From Mobula hypostoma (lineage: Eukaryota), in contig NC_086097.1 in NCBI RefSeq assembly GCF_963921235.1, positions 82,772,001 through 82,836,000 on the forward strand: DNA of 64,000 nucleotides, given 5' to 3'. Positions 11,901 to 25,395 of this stretch are shown piece after piece (the first letter of the stretch is position 1; every line of letters begins with the position of its first letter). Under the pieces are notes generated by a model. It searched no databases. It saw only the letters and a program-made list of their open reading frames with translations, and was not told where the DNA came from. The position numbers and the translations under genes were made by a program.

Positions 11901-12944
11901 CTGACCCTAGAGCTCCCCACTGTAGACCAATAGTCCTGAGGGTAATTTGCGATAGGTAATAAATGTTGGTTTTAGATCTTACAATTTTTAAAAAAAAGAC
12001 AACTCTGTGGGCTATACCACTATTCTATACAATATCCATTGGAAATGGTGATCAGGAAATCACTCCTACTTCTCCCCACTGCCATTTGCATACATCAAGC
12101 AAAGGAAAGAAGGAGAGGCTTGTGGCAATTCCGGCAGAAAGAATGGAAGGAATTCCTAATTGGACTGGTTGGTCTTAGCTCTGTGTAACCGTCTCCATTC
12201 TCTGCCATGATCCTGTCTACAACTGTAACCTGCGGAGGAGCTTAGTCATGATACGGCATCTTTTGTTCTTCAAAATGATGGGCATTTCACCAAAAAGCCC
12301 TTCCATGGCCATACATTTCAAAAGCTTGCTTTCCTATGGTTTCACATATAGGTCATAGATTATCAAGAAAAGGACACATGTTAATTTCTTTTTGTGACAG
12401 AAGTATTTTCTCACTTAATTGGTCTCCATTAAAGAGGCCTCACCAATCTCCATAAAGAAAGCCATTAATCTTTAATTTAATTTTACTGGTTACGAATGGA
12501 CAGCCTGTACATTTGAAGGAGTGTCTGGCAGACCAACAGGATGGATGGTGATGGATTAGTTGGCTTCTACAGGCTGCAAGCATCATCTACCAGGTGGGAA
12601 CGGGCCACTTCTACATGCCTTCTCCTCCATCCCCACCACCTCTCTGAGCCACAACATTCGGGATCAGGGTCAAGCCCAGCAGAGCTGGGGATGTTAAACA
12701 AGCTCACTTGCTGGGTCATGGAGGCCAGCTGGCAGCCGCTCTCCCTGCGCCTACTCACTCTCCCATTGCAGCCGTTTCTGTGGTGCTCTCCCACAGAATG
12801 TCCTTTGTTCTTTTGAACTCACAAACAGCTTGAGTTATCAACAATTCTCAGAACTGGAACATTTTGTAACCTGGGGACTCGGGTATTTTTGAAAGTTACC
12901 AGGATCGGGCTTCTTTCACCATTTGATTTCAATGTTCCATTACG

Positions 12945-13110
12945 TAAGATCATAAGACAAAGGAGCAGAATTAGGCCATTTGGCCCATCAAGTCTGCTCT
13001 GCCATTCAATCACGGCCGATCCTTTTCTCCTTTTCTCCCCTTCTCAGCCCCACTCCCCAGCCTTCTTCCCATAGCCTTAAATGCCGTGTCCAATCAAGGA
13101 CCTATCACCT
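12945..13110 (-). mobile_element. CR1 LINE 3' end
   Basis: ATAAGACAAAGGAGCAGAATTAGGCCATTTGGCCCATC is the reverse complement of the CR1 3' terminus seen at 21730-21797. Confidence 0.7.
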
Positions 13111-16100
13111 TCCATCTATGTTTGCTCCATCAACGTCCTGTCCAGGGAATACTGCTGAATATTAACATTCATTCTACCTTGAACTCCACATTTTATTTCA
13201 AATAGTGTTTTGGACAATACTCGTCTTTGAGTGTCTTTGCATGCGATTTTTAAAAATACAGCTAATAATTAAACTAAGGAATTAGTTAAAATCTACTACA
13301 GTTGCAAGGTCTTGGTCATAAGTGCTTCATATAGCTAAGGCTATAATGCCATAGCATTCACTGAAAGGAACGTCACTGGCTGAACACAATACTGTACTCG
13401 AATGGGAAATGACTGTAAGATGTATATTTACCTATCCCTTGTTTAGATACATTGTCTTATTATGCTGTTTGTATACTGAATATCCTCAGGGAAGTTGTGA
13501 GATGACACAATGTTTCATATCTCCTGGCATTTACTTTCAGCTTTATATGCAGGACAATCCCATAAATAATGGTTAAATTCAACCATTTAACACAAAAGCA
13601 GAGAAAGGATCCATCTCAATTCCATCCCAGTCTTATTGGTTACTGATAACATGGGAATTTAACCAGTTTTCCTTTCCCATTCCATTGTCTATTCACCAGT
13701 TCAGTGCCATTTAGACATCAAACATTTATAATGTCACATGGATTTCCACTGAAGTGTTTTTTCATGTACAGTAAGTAGTCTATTTTCGTCTGCTGCACAG
13801 CATTTGAGTAACTTTATGTGTCCCTGCCACATTCCATCCCGTACCTTGTTGTTTCAGGTACTGGTTGTGATTGGGTAATTTATTCTTCCCTCAAAGCCCT
13901 AGCCAAGTTTTGTCATTTGCATGGAACAGAAAATCACAGAGGCAGATGAGCCTATGCAACAGTGTCAGTTGCACGTCATATGTCTGATGCCACATGCATG
14001 AAAATTTTTACAGCACATCTACATTTGTAGTATTGGCATGAGCCTTGAAAGTTGAAGCAGGCTTTTGCCTGAGGTGATGTGATCTCTTCAACTGATGATC
14101 CTTGCTGTACACTCCTACCTCCAAGATATCAATATCATTGGGCATAAGAAATGCATGGTTATTGACCCTCTAGCACCCTCCTCTTTTCAAGAACAAAAGT
14201 TCACCAAAGTATCAGGATTGTTGAAAGGAATGGTTCATTGACAGCTTTAACTCCCATTTTCAAACATTTTCAAAAATTAGGCAAATGATAAGTGAATCAA
14301 TGCCCGGAAATTTATCGTAGTCAAAATGGTCACCAGTTAGAGGTTTCTTAGTTATCCTTTATTGCACTTCTGTCTATTTATAAAGCTATCTCTGCATCAC
14401 AGTATAGCATGCCTTTGCAGTGGCAATTCAGTTGTTAATTTAGGCTCAGTGTGGTAGAAAGCCCACTGCTGGATGGAAGGGTGATGGAGTGGGAGAACGT
14501 GTCATCAGATGGATATGCTACACGAGAGCCAGAGGTTACCACTGACACTCTGAATTTCCAGTTGTTGCCTCAATGGAAACTTGTGGTTGTTGGTTAGCCG
14601 CTCCTGAACAGCATATCCATCTGCCGACAATATGTCCCACTCCCTCATGTGGAAAGACTGTGAAGATATGGAAACAACAGATAACTGGCAATGGCATACA
14701 CGTGGATTTAGATTTAACTGGAGGGGGTATTTAATATACTCATATGGAAACAAAGGTTTGTTAGAGTCATAGAACACTACAGCACATACACAGGCCCTTT
14801 GGCCCATCTAGTCTGTGCTAAACTATTAATCTGCCTAGTCCCATTGCCTGCACCCAGACCATAGCCCTCCGTACCCCTCACATTTATGCACCTATTCAAA
14901 TTTCTCTTAAGTGTTGAAATCAAACCCACATCCACTACTTACACTGGCAGCTCTTTCCACAGTCTCCCCATCCCCTAAGTGAAGAAGTTCCCCCCTCATG
15001 TTCCCTTTAAACATTTCACCTTTTACCCTTAATGCATGACCTCTAGTTCTAGTCTCACCCAATCTCAGTAGAAAAAACCGCTCATGATTTTGTGTATAAA
15101 AACAGTAGTAGTGAGGATGGGGATCGTATTAAACAGGAAATTAGAAATGTGTGCAATAAAGGAACAGCAGTTATAATGGGTGACTTCAATCTACATGTAG
15201 ATTGGGTGAACCAAATTGGTAAGGGTGCTGAGGAAGGATTTCTTGGAATGTATGCGGGATGGTTTTTTGAACCAACATAGCGAGGAGCCAACTAGAGAGC
15301 AGGCTATTCTGGACTGGGTATTGAGCAATGAGGAAGGGTTAATTAGCAATCTTGTCATGAGAGGCCCCTTGGGTAAGAGTGACCATAATATGGTGGACTT
15401 CTTCATTAAGATGGAGAGTGAAATAGTTAATTCAGAAACAAAGGTTCTGAACTTAAAGAAGGGTAACTTTGAAGGTATGAGACATGAATTAGCTAAGATA
15501 GACTGGCAAATGACACTTCAAGGGTTGACGGTGGATATGCAATGGGAAGCATTTAAAGATCGCATGGATGAACTACAACAATTGTTCATCCCAGTTTGGC
15601 AAAAGAATAAATCAAGGAAGGTAGTGCACCCATGGCTGACAAGGGAGATTAGGGATAGTATCAATTCCAAAGAAGAAGCATACAAATTAGCCAGAGAAAG
15701 TGGCTCACCTGAGGACTGGGAGAAATTCAGAGTTCAGCAGAGGAGGACAAAGGGCTTAATTAGGAAGGGGAAAAAAGATTATGAGAGAAAACTGGCAGGG
15801 AACATAAAAACTGACTGTAAAAGCTTTTATAGATATGTGAAAAGAAAAAGATTGGTTAAGACAAATGTAGGTCCCCTACAGACAGAAACAGGTGAATTAA
15901 TTATGGGGAGCAAGGACATGGCAGACCAATTGAATAATTACTGTCTTCACTAAGGAGGACATAAATAATCTTCCAGAAATAGTAGGGGACAGAGGGTCCA
16001 GTGAGATGGAGGAACTGAGGGAAATACATGTTAGTAGGGAAGTGGTGTTAGGTAAATTGAAGGGATTAAAGGTGGATAAATCCCCAGGGCCAGATGGTCT

Positions 16101-16972
16101 GCATCCCAGAGTGCTTAAGGAAGTAGCCCAAGAAATAGTGGATGCATTAGTGATAATTTTTCAAAACTCTTTAGATTCTGGACTAGTTCCTGAGGATTGG
16201 AGGATGGCTAATGTAACCCCACTTTTTAAAAAAGGAGGGAGAGAGAAACCAGGGAATTATAGACCGGTTAGCCTAATATCGGTGGTGGGGTAACTGCTAG
16301 AGTCAGTTATCAAAGATGTGATAACAGCACATTTGGAAAGCGGTGATATCATCGGACAAATTTAGCATGGATTTGTGAAAGGAAAATCATGTCTGACGAA
16401 TCTCATAGAATTTTTTGAAGATGTAACTAGTAGGGTGGATAGGGGAGAACCAGTGGATGTGGTATATTTGGATTTTCAAAAGGCTTTTGACAAGGTCCCA
16501 CACAGGAGATTAGTGTGCAAACTTAAAGCACACGGTATTGGGGGTAAGGTATTGATGTGGATAGAGAGTTGGTTGGCAGACAGGAAGCAAAGAGTGGGAA
16601 TAAACGGGACCTTTTCAGAATGGCAGGCAGTGACTAGTGGGGTACCACAAGGCTCAGTGCTGGGACCCCAGTTGTTTACAATATATATTAATGACTTGGA
16701 TGAGGGAATTAAATGCAGCATCTCCAAGTCTGCGGATGACACGAAGCTGGGCGGCAGTGTTAGCTGTGAGGAGGATGCTAAGAGGATGCAGAGTGACTTG
16801 GATAGGTTAAGTGAGTGGGCAAATTCATGGCAGATGCAATTTAATGTGGATAAATGTGAAGTTATCCACTTTGGTGGCAAAAACAGGAAAACAGATTATT
16901 ATCTGAATGGTAACATACATCAAAGTTGCTAGTGAACGCAGCAGGCCAGGCAGCATCTATAGGAAGAGGCGC

Positions 16973-17008
16973 AGTCGACGTTTCAGGCCGAGACCCTTCG
17001 TCAGGACT
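16973..17008 (-). ncRNA. Minimal type I hammerhead ribozyme motif (antisense arm)
   Basis: Reverse complement reads AGUC-CUGACGA-AGGGUCUCGGCCU-GAAAC-GUC-GACU. Confidence 0.7.
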
Positions 17009-17009
17009 T

Positions 17010-17045
17010 AGTTCTGACGAAGGGTCTCGGCCTGAAACGTCGACT
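17010..17045 (+). ncRNA. Minimal type I hammerhead ribozyme motif
   Basis: AGUU-CUGACGA-A-GGGU-CUCG-GCCU-GAAAC-GUC-GACU: stem I AGUU/GACU, intact CUGANGA and GAAA core, GUC cleavage triplet, palindromic ACGU in place of stem III. Confidence 0.7.
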
Positions 17046-19435
17046 GCGCCTCTTCCTATAGATGCTGCCTGGCCTGCTGCGTTCACCAGCAACTTTGATG
17101 TATGTTGCTTGAATTTCCAGCATCTGCAGAATTCCTGTTGTTTGCATTTAAATTATCTGAATGGTGGCTGATTAGGAAAAGGGGAGGTGCAATGAGACCT
17201 GGGTGTCATTATACACCAGTCATTGAAAGTGCGCATGCAGGTACAGCAGGCGGTGAAAAAGGCGAATGGTATGCTGGCATTTATAGCGAGAGGATTCGAG
17301 TACAGGAGCAGGGAGGTACTACTGCAGTTGTACAAGGCCTTGGTGAGACCACACCTGGAGTATTGTGTGCAGTTTTGGTCCCCTAATCTGAGGAAAGACA
17401 TCCTTGCCATAGAGGGAGTAGAAAGAAGGTTCACCAGATTGATTCCTGGGATGGCAGGACTTTCATATGATGAAAGACTGGATCGACTAGGCTTATACTC
17501 GTTGGAATTTAGAAGATTGAGGGGGGGATCTGATTGAAACATATAAAATCCTAAAGGGATTGGACAGGCTAGATGCAGGAAGATTGTTCCTGATGTTGGG
17601 GAAGTCCAGAACGAGGGGTCACAGCTTGAGGATAAAGGGGAAGCCTTTTAGGACCGAGATTAGGAAAAACTTCTTCACACAGAGAGTGGTGAATCTGTGG
17701 AATTCTCTGCCACAGGAAACAGTTGAGGCCAGTTCATTGGCTATGTTTAAGAGGGAGTTAGATATGGCCCTTGTGGCTAAAGGGATCAGGGGTATGGAGG
17801 GAAGGCTGGTGCAGGGTTCTGAGTTGGATGATCAGCTATGATCATACTGAATGGCGGTGCAGGCTCGAAGGGCCGAATGGCCTACTCCTGCACCTATTTT
17901 CTATGTTTCTATGTATAAAGCCTCTCTAAACCTCTCATGATTTTGTATACCTCTAACAAATCTCCCACCATTCCTTTATGCTCGAGGGAGTAAAGTCCTA
18001 ACCTATCAAGCTTTCCCTATAACACAGGTCCTTAAGTCTTGGGAACATCCTTGTCAATTTTCTCTGTACGCCTTCAAACTTACTGACATATTTCCTATAG
18101 ATAGGTTATCAGAACTGTATATAATTCTCCAAATTAGATCTTATCAATGTCCTATATAACTTCAACATACAATCCGAACTCCTGTACTCAATACTTTGAT
18201 CTGTGATGCCATTTTCAAGTAATTGCATTCGTAGATCCCTCTGTTCTCCTGCACTCCTCAGTGCCCTATCATTCACCATCGAAGTCCCACCCTGGTTTGT
18301 CCTCCCAAAGTGCAACACCTCACACTTGTCAGCATTAAATTCCACCCGTCATTTTTCAGGCTGATGCAAATCCTGCTTCTAGTTTTGATAGTCTTCCTTG
18401 CTGTCCACTATACCTCAAATATTGGTATCATCTGCACATTTGCTGATGCAGTTTACCACACCATCATCCAGATAGTTGATATGGATGACAAACAACAATG
18501 GATCCAGCACCGATATCTGTGACACAACGCTAGTCTCAGGCCTCCAGTCAGAGAGGCAACCATCTGAAATCAATATCTGATCCAATTTACTAACTCATCT
18601 TGAATGCAAGCAACTGAACCTAGCTCCTATGTAGGACCTCGTCAAAGGCCTTGCTGTAGTCCATGTAGACAACATCTGCTTCCTTGCTTTCATCAACTTT
18701 CCTGGTAACTTCCTTGAAAAACTCTGAAATATTGGTTAGACCTACCATATACAAAGCCTTGTTGACTATCCCTGTCTGTCCAAATACTTCAATACCCTGT
18801 CCCTTAGAGTGAAACTGAAGGAGAGATTTTCTTCACTGAGTCTGTGCTAGTCCTTTTTATGCTTAAACACACATGCACATACTTGTGTATACTTAAAAGT
18901 ACATGGTTATTAGGATCCAGGTTTCTCATTACTCACTACAGTACAGATCATTTGTAACTGGTTGATTACTGTTTCTCCTAGCCTATCTGGCACAGGAAAA
19001 ATATGCCAGATAGTGTCTTTTTTTTCTAAATTGTCTCAAGACTATATAATGTAATTATATATGTATGTGTGTGTAAAACAAGTAATTTTCGTACATTATT
19101 CTCTGAATAAATGGCTGACCATTGTGCTTTGTGTTGTTCAAAAAGCAATGTTAAGTCTAAATCTCAGAAGGGTTTGGATGCATTCAGATATTTTTTTAAA
19201 TTGTGCATTCTTCCTGTAGCAATGACATGATAATGCAATAGGTAAGTTATTTCATTTGTTCACATATTTTGTTATCTTCAGCTTGAACAAAAGCTGTTTT
19301 TTAATTCTACTATTTATTACAGCCATACAAATGCCTTGTAATGCTTATACGTTTAATCTATGTCAATGGACTTGGCTTGGTCATTAAAAGGAGACTGTCC
19401 ACTACCCTCTGCTCAAATAATGATCCATACCATCT

Positions 19436-21797
19436 TCAGAAAGGAAATTATAGACCAATTAGCCTGAACTCAGTGGTTGGGAAGATGTTGGAGTTAATTG
19501 TTAAGGATGAGGTGATGGAGTACTTGCTGACTCAGGACAAGATAGTACAAAGTCAGCGTGGTTTCCTTCAGGTAAAATCCTACCTGACAAACCTGTTGGA
19601 ATTCTTTGAGGAGATTGCAAGTAGGATAGATAAAGGGGATGCAGGGAATGTTGTATATTTGGAATTTCAGGAGACCTTTGACAAGGTGCCACACATGACG
19701 CTGCTTACTAAGTTAAGAGCCCATGGTATTACAGGAAAGTTACTAACATGGTCAGAACATTGGCTGATTGATAGGAGGCAACAAATGGGAATAAAAAGAT
19801 CCCTTTCTGGTTGGCTGCCAGTAACTAGTGGTGTTCTGCAGTGCTCGGTGCTGGGACCACTTCTTCTTATGCTGTATATAAATGATTTAGATGATGGAAT
19901 TGATGGGTTTGTTGCCAAGTTTGCAGATTGGTGGAGGGGCAGGTAGTGCTTGTACCTTTGTGGCTAGGCATAGCTCAAATACCACCTATAAATTTGCTGA
20001 TGATACAACCATCGTTGGTAGAATCTCAGATGGAGATGAGAGGGCGTACAGGAGTGAGATACGCCAACCAGTGGAGTGGTGCTACAGCAACAACTTGGGA
20101 CTCAACATCAGTAAGACGAAAGAGCTGATTGTGGCCTTCAGGAAGGGTAAGATGAAGCAACACATACCAATCCTCATAGAAGGATCAGAAGCGGCAAGAG
20201 TGAGCAGCTTCAAGTTCCTGGGTGTCAAGATCTCTGAGGATCTAACATGGTCACAACATGTAAAGAAGGCAAGATAGCGGCTATACTTTATTAGGAGTTT
20301 GAAGAGATTTAGTATGTCTACAAATACACTCATAAACTTCTATAGTTGTACCTTGGAGAGCATTCTGAGAGTCTGCATCACCGTCTGGTGAGGGCTGGGT
20401 GAGTGGATTATTACACAGAAAGAAGCTGCAAAGAGTTGTAAATTTAATTGGCTCCATCTTGGGTACTAGCCTACAAAGTACCCAGGGTATCTTCAGGGAA
20501 CGGTGTCTCAGAAAGGCAGCGTCCATTATTAAGGGCCTCCAGCACCCAGGGCATGCCCTTTTCTCACTGTTGCCATCAGGTAGGAGGTACAGAAGCCTGA
20601 AGGCACACACTCAGCGATTCAGGAACTGCTTCATCCCCTCTGCCATCCAATTCCTAAATGGACATTGAACCCTTGGACACTACCTCAGTTTTTTAAAATA
20701 TATATTATTTCTGATTTTTGCACAATTTTTAATCTATTCAACATATGTATACTGTATAAAGTACACTGAATAAGATTTACTTATTATTATTTTATTTTTT
20801 TCTTCTATATTATGTATTGCATTGAACTGCTGCTGCTAAGTTTTATTTTACAAATTTCATGACACATGCCAGTGATAATAAACCTGATTCTGATTCTGAA
20901 TTCTGAATAGTGTTGAGGAAGTAGGTAGGATGCAGAAGGACGTAAACAGATCAGGAGAATGGGCAAGAAAGTGGCAAATGAAATACAATGTTGGAAAATT
21001 CATGGTCATGCACTTTGGTAGTAGAAATAAATGAGTGGATTATTTTCTAAGTGGGAGAGAAAATCCAAAAATCTGAGATGCAAAGGGACTTGGGAGTCCC
21101 GTTGTGCAGAACACCCTAAAGTTTAACTTGCAGATAGAGGTTGTGGTGAGGAAGGCAAATGCCATGCTAGCATTCATTTCAAGAGGTCCAGAGGATGTGA
21201 TGCTGAGGCTTTATAAGACACTGGTGAGGCCTCACCTTGAGTATTTAGAGCAGTTTTGTGCCCCTCATCTAAGAAAAGCAGTACTGGCTTGGAGAGGGTC
21301 CAGAGGAGGTTCACAAAGATGATTCCAAGAATGGAGGGGGTTATCAGACGAGGAACGTTTGATAGCTCTGGGTCTCTACTCACTGGAATTTAGAAGGATG
21401 AGGGGGATCTCATTGAAATCTTTCGAATGTTGAAAGGCCTTAGACAGAGTAGACGTGGAAAAGATTTTTCCCGTGGTAGGAGAGTCTAGGACAATAAGGC
21501 ACAGGCTCAGGATAGAGGAGTGCCCTTTCAAAGCAGAGGTGCAGAGAAATTGCTTTATCAAAAGGGTGGTGAATTTGTGGAATTTGTTGCCACATGCAGC
21601 TGTGGAGGCCAGGTCATTAGATATATTTAAGGCAGAGATTGAAACGTTTTTGATTGGACATGGCATCAAAGGTTATGGGGAGAAGGCCAGGAAGTGGGTT
21701 GAAGGGAAGAAAAGAAAAAGGATCAATCATGATTGAATGGCAGAGCAGACTCGATGGGCCAGATGGCCTTCTTCTGCTCCTTTATCTTATGGTCTTG
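19436..21797 (+). mobile_element. CR1 LINE RT/3' fragment interrupted by a Rex1 insertion
   Basis: GNYRPISLNSVVGK...FVAKFAD, resuming at ~20908 through LYKTLVRPHLEY and RVVNLWNLLP to the 3' tail. Confidence 0.88.
19950..20907 (+). mobile_element. Rex1/Babar LINE 3' part nested in CR1
   Basis: YKFADDTTIVG, KTKELIV, FKFLG, LPSGRRYRSL; tail (GATTCT)n. Confidence 0.88.
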
Positions 21798-22040
21798 ACC
21801 CCAGGGCCTTGTACCATTGTACTTAGAGTTCGTTGGATTGTATTTTTTAGTTATCAGTGTCTCAAATCTCTCCATAAATAAACAGAAAATAACTCAGTGG
21901 TCACAAGTAATGTAGTTCTTCTGGGGTCTCTCAAGTTAGCAGCTTTTGCTTTTTACTTTCACAGTCCTTTTTTTGCAGCAAAAGTCATTGTGATCAAACA
22001 GGAAGTCAGCTGCAATGTCAGCTGTAAAAGTTGTATTTTG

Positions 22041-22634
22041 TGTAACTCTTGGTTCAGCTAGCAGCTTAATATAGGGGATGATAGCACCCAGCTCGGTCAA
22101 ACCTAAGAAATCTCATTTGGGTGGATGCTGTGTGATGTGTCCACTGTTATAAATCAGTACCATGAAATAACAAACAGTACACCATATGCGATTAAACGGT
22201 TGAGCTTTATAATTCTGAATTTGACTACATGGTTAGTAAAGAAAACAAAAAAAGGAAAAGGGCACATTCTCATGAAACAGTCTATTGCGCAAGGTTGGAG
22301 CTCACTGATGAGGTCGTTCGTCCACCATCGACCTCCTCCAATCGTCACTGACCTTCGAACCCTCACTCCAGGTCCACTCTGTCCGGTGGTCTACCCACTC
22401 TCTCCATTCGCGTCTTCCCTCCTTATCTCTCCCCGGCCAAAAGACCATGAAAATCTCTCTTCCAGAATCTCAAGAAAGAACAATATTTCTCTCATTGGAT
22501 AGCCCCCACATTCCAAAGCTCTGTTATCTCTAGTCATAACCCTAACATTGCTGCTACAGAGAAACCACTACATTAGCAGTGAAAAATTACAGAGAGGCCA
22601 TTACATTAGCAGTGGAACCTTACATCGTGTTACA
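22041..22634. mobile_element. Solo LTR
   Basis: Termini TGTAAC...GTTACA (6-bp inverted repeat); 4-bp TSD TTTG (22037-22040 / 22635-22638); related to 33012-34009. Confidence 0.78.
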
Positions 22635-22994
22635 TTTGATATCAACAACTGTCCCACATTATTACATGGAAACAACAAACCACGTCCAAATAGGAAGGAA
22701 TGGGGATTGAGTTGAAAAATTGTCAAACAAAATAACAACTATATAAGATCTTGTAAAATGATGTTAGCTCATACAGAATTCTCAAAAAATAATTCTAAAT
22801 ATGTTCTAATTGTTTTATATATGTAAAAAAAGGTAGTACATTGAAATTATGTAAACCAAGACCATCATTATTTTGAGATAGATACCTGTGCTAAGGCACT
22901 TAAATATATAATATGTATCTGCTAACTAGTTTATTTTTTATTATTGGTGTATTCTGTTTATTAATGCCACATATTACACTGTATGTACATTTGG

Positions 22995-23190
22995 CGGGCC
23001 CTCAGAATCAAGGATAGTTTGCTCCACTCTAATTTTGTGTGCTGAGAGGTAACTGATGAGATCTATGTAGGAAATCTGGACCCTTCTACAGATGGGACAG
23101 GAGCTGCCTATCGAAACGGGCAGGCAGGTAGTTTGTGGAGCATCGCAGTCCTTCCACTGTTTGAGCCTTTGCATATCCTTCCACTATGTA
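22995..23190 (-). mobile_element. RTE-type LINE 3' end
   Basis: SSCPICRRVQISYIDLISYLSAH resembles the RTE C-terminal CPxCxRxCxSxIGLxSHxRxH motif. Confidence 0.6.
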
Positions 23191-24369
23191 CTGCCCTCCA
23201 AACAAAAATTTAGGAGGATTCAATATTTTTCAACAGATTTTTGAACTTAATTGGCCTGCATTCAGTACAACATTTTGACTTGACTAGAGTGTTGGTATTG
23301 ACACTTTTGGGGTCATGATCCAATTGTTTGCTTGGATCATTTTTAATATGTGGTCTGTATCAATGATGTCATAAATATGTGTTCATAGCTTTAAAGCAAG
23401 TATCTCCTTTGGATTGCAGGTGGCATTCAAAAAAGGCAGTACTTTTTCCATTGCTCATAGCACCATGCATTAAAGATAATCTGTTCTGTATGTTGACTGG
23501 ATTGATTAGGAATGGTTGATTTTATTAATTAGTGACTATAAGTGGCCATTTCCTGTGGCAGCTAACAAATTGATGGACTTGTTTTGAGTGCCTGACCTTT
23601 GTGCTGCTAGACCAATATCGTAAATAAATCATTAGGAACCATGTGGCCTCCATTGAATCTTCCTTTCATAATAATTTTCTTGGGTTAATCCCTAGGACTG
23701 TTGATTAGTTCACAACACCAATGGATTTCGAAGAACCTCTGCCATAGATCAATAATCTGAAAGCAGGAGATCACTGACTGTTAAACAGACGTATTTAATC
23801 ATTACACCATAGTCTAAAATGGGTATTGGTGTAACAATAGGTAACCTATGACATAATCAATTTCAACTGATCCATTTGAACTTCCAATTGTTTTACAAAA
23901 ATAATTGCAAATATTTGTGTTGGTACTTCTGCAATGAATCATCCTTGCGTGTAACATGATGTCTACCGAAGTTTGAATAACACATCTTATCTTGGAATTT
24001 GCCTCAATATATGCTAGTCAGTCTGTGCCTTGGGGACTATTGTTTAGTTTTGTTTTAAGGAATGATGCCTTGTATAATATGCAAATATCTGATGTCCTGC
24101 TGATCTCAAAATGCATGTATCTCAATAGTGGATACTGAGTTGTGTTCCCTTCCACTATGCTCTTCAGAGTTCAGGCGAAGAATGAACTGCATTTAGTTCA
24201 ATCTGTCTCTCTCCAGTCCTCTAATAGTCAGAGTGTTACAATGTTGATTCTTTATTGGCAAAATGTTACTGGGAGATATTAATTAATCAGCTGTAGATAG
24301 TAGTAACGGAATGATCAAAGTAAAAATCAAACTGAAGAAATAGTTATTTCTATAGTTTACAGATCAATA

Positions 24370-24700
24370 CAAAGTGCATTCGAGGTCATGAATGGTTTTT
24401 GCTGTTGTAACGAAGGAGATTGCACACAGTAGGGTTGCACAAGCACAGATTCTATAAATTACCAGATAAACTGTTTAGATCTATTTGTGGAGGGATAAGT
24501 ATTCACCAAGCAACCTGGAAGACCTTTCTCTCAGTTCTTTGACTGCCACCATTGGATCCATTGTGTCCACCTGAAGGATAAATGAAACCATTGCATCAGC
24601 ATCTCATCCAACATTTGGCACAGCTCTTTCTTCTCCTTCATCCCCTAAAGTGCAACAATCCTTTAGTACTGAGTTAGTGTCATCTTAGATTGTATCTATA
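24370..24700 (-). mobile_element. Old DeuSINE (SacSINE1/AmnSINE-like) copy
   Basis: GGATCCATTGTGTCCACCTGA..CATCTCATCCAA..GGCAC..AGTGCAACAATCCTTTAGTACTG resembles the recalled reverse Deu-domain consensus. Confidence 0.5.
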
Positions 24701-24994
24701 TGTCTACAATAAGACAATGGAAACAAAAATTTCTTATTGAGCTACAGTTGCAACTCAAGAAGATTTTCAGATAGCAAGCAGAAAAGATACTTTTTCCCAT
24801 TGAACTGAAGACAGAAGTGGACACTTTTACTAGTTTCTGTTGGATTAATGTGCCCAAATTATGTCATTTGTTCTAATTGCAGCAATTTCAGACTCTGTGC
24901 ACATTTAGCTAGGATTGTCTAGCTGACATATATTATATTAATGGACACAATTTCATAATTTTTGATTAATAATTCTGTTACATATATTGATCTA

Positions 24995-25242
24995 CAGGAG
25001 CCAGAAACACATACTCAACATTTTAGGAACAGCTTCTTCCCTTTGCCATCAGATTTCTGAATGGACAATGCACTCTAGTACACTAAATCGCTTTCTTCTG
25101 TTCTCTTTTGACACTGCTTATTTCATTTAATTTTGTATGTTTTTTTTATTGTAAATTATAGTTTTTATATTATGTATTGCGATGTACTACTGTCACAACA
25201 TATTTCATGACATATGCCAGTGATATTATACATGATTCTGAT
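24995..25242 (+). mobile_element. Rex1/Babar LINE 3' end
   Basis: TTTAGGAACAGCTTCTTCCC..GCCATCAGATTTCTGAATGGAC..TGATTCTGA. Confidence 0.7.
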
Positions 25243-25395
25243 CTATCAGAGAGGATAACATGTTCGTTGATCTAGTGCAGGCTTATTTAACAGTAGCTCA
25301 TAAGCTTAAAATCTGCCTTGAACAAAGAAGCAAAATCCTATTTGTTTATCTTGAAGCCAAGACTTTCTGATATCTAAAAGTATTTAATATTGAAT

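Larger units (their letters stand above)
16912..17151. mobile_element. PLE-derived fold-back (palindromic) insertion
   Basis: 97-bp inverted arms (16912-17008 / 17010-17106) with 2 mismatches and a 1-nt loop, plus a ~40-nt tail on the right. TSD ATTATCTGAATGGT (16898-16911 / 17152-17165). Nearly identical to the 3' end of the PLE at 61994. Confidence 0.92.
15101..17913 (+). mobile_element. Young 5'-truncated CR1 LINE (APE C-terminus + RT), inactivated
   Basis: IMGDFN, LGKSDHN, KSPGPDG, YLDFQKAFDKV, SGVPQGSVLGP, SADD; (CTATGTTT)n tail; candidate TSD TGTATAAA (15093-15100 / 17912-17919). Frameshifts and stops relative to the copy at 60557. Confidence 0.93.
14760..18810 (-). mobile_element. Older CR1 LINE split by the younger CR1 at 15101-17913
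   Basis: Minus-strand 3' end at 14760-15090. It resumes at 17920 with MEFNADKCEVLHFGRTN and LYRTLIRSNLE. Confidence 0.8.

Noticed and set aside
16912..17106. miRNA precursor or DNA-transposon MITE
   Set aside because: The arms derive from a retroelement 3' end, are unequal in length and have long, variable TSDs (13-17 bp), unlike MITE TIR/TSD rules. There is no evidence for miRNA processing.
16862..17171. Recurrent small ORFs MLVNAAGQAAS... (also at 35669, 54220, 54320, 62046) as a peptide family
   Set aside because: They are antisense readings of the non-coding PLE terminus, appear on both strands because of the palindromes, start at non-ATG codons and have unrelated C-termini.
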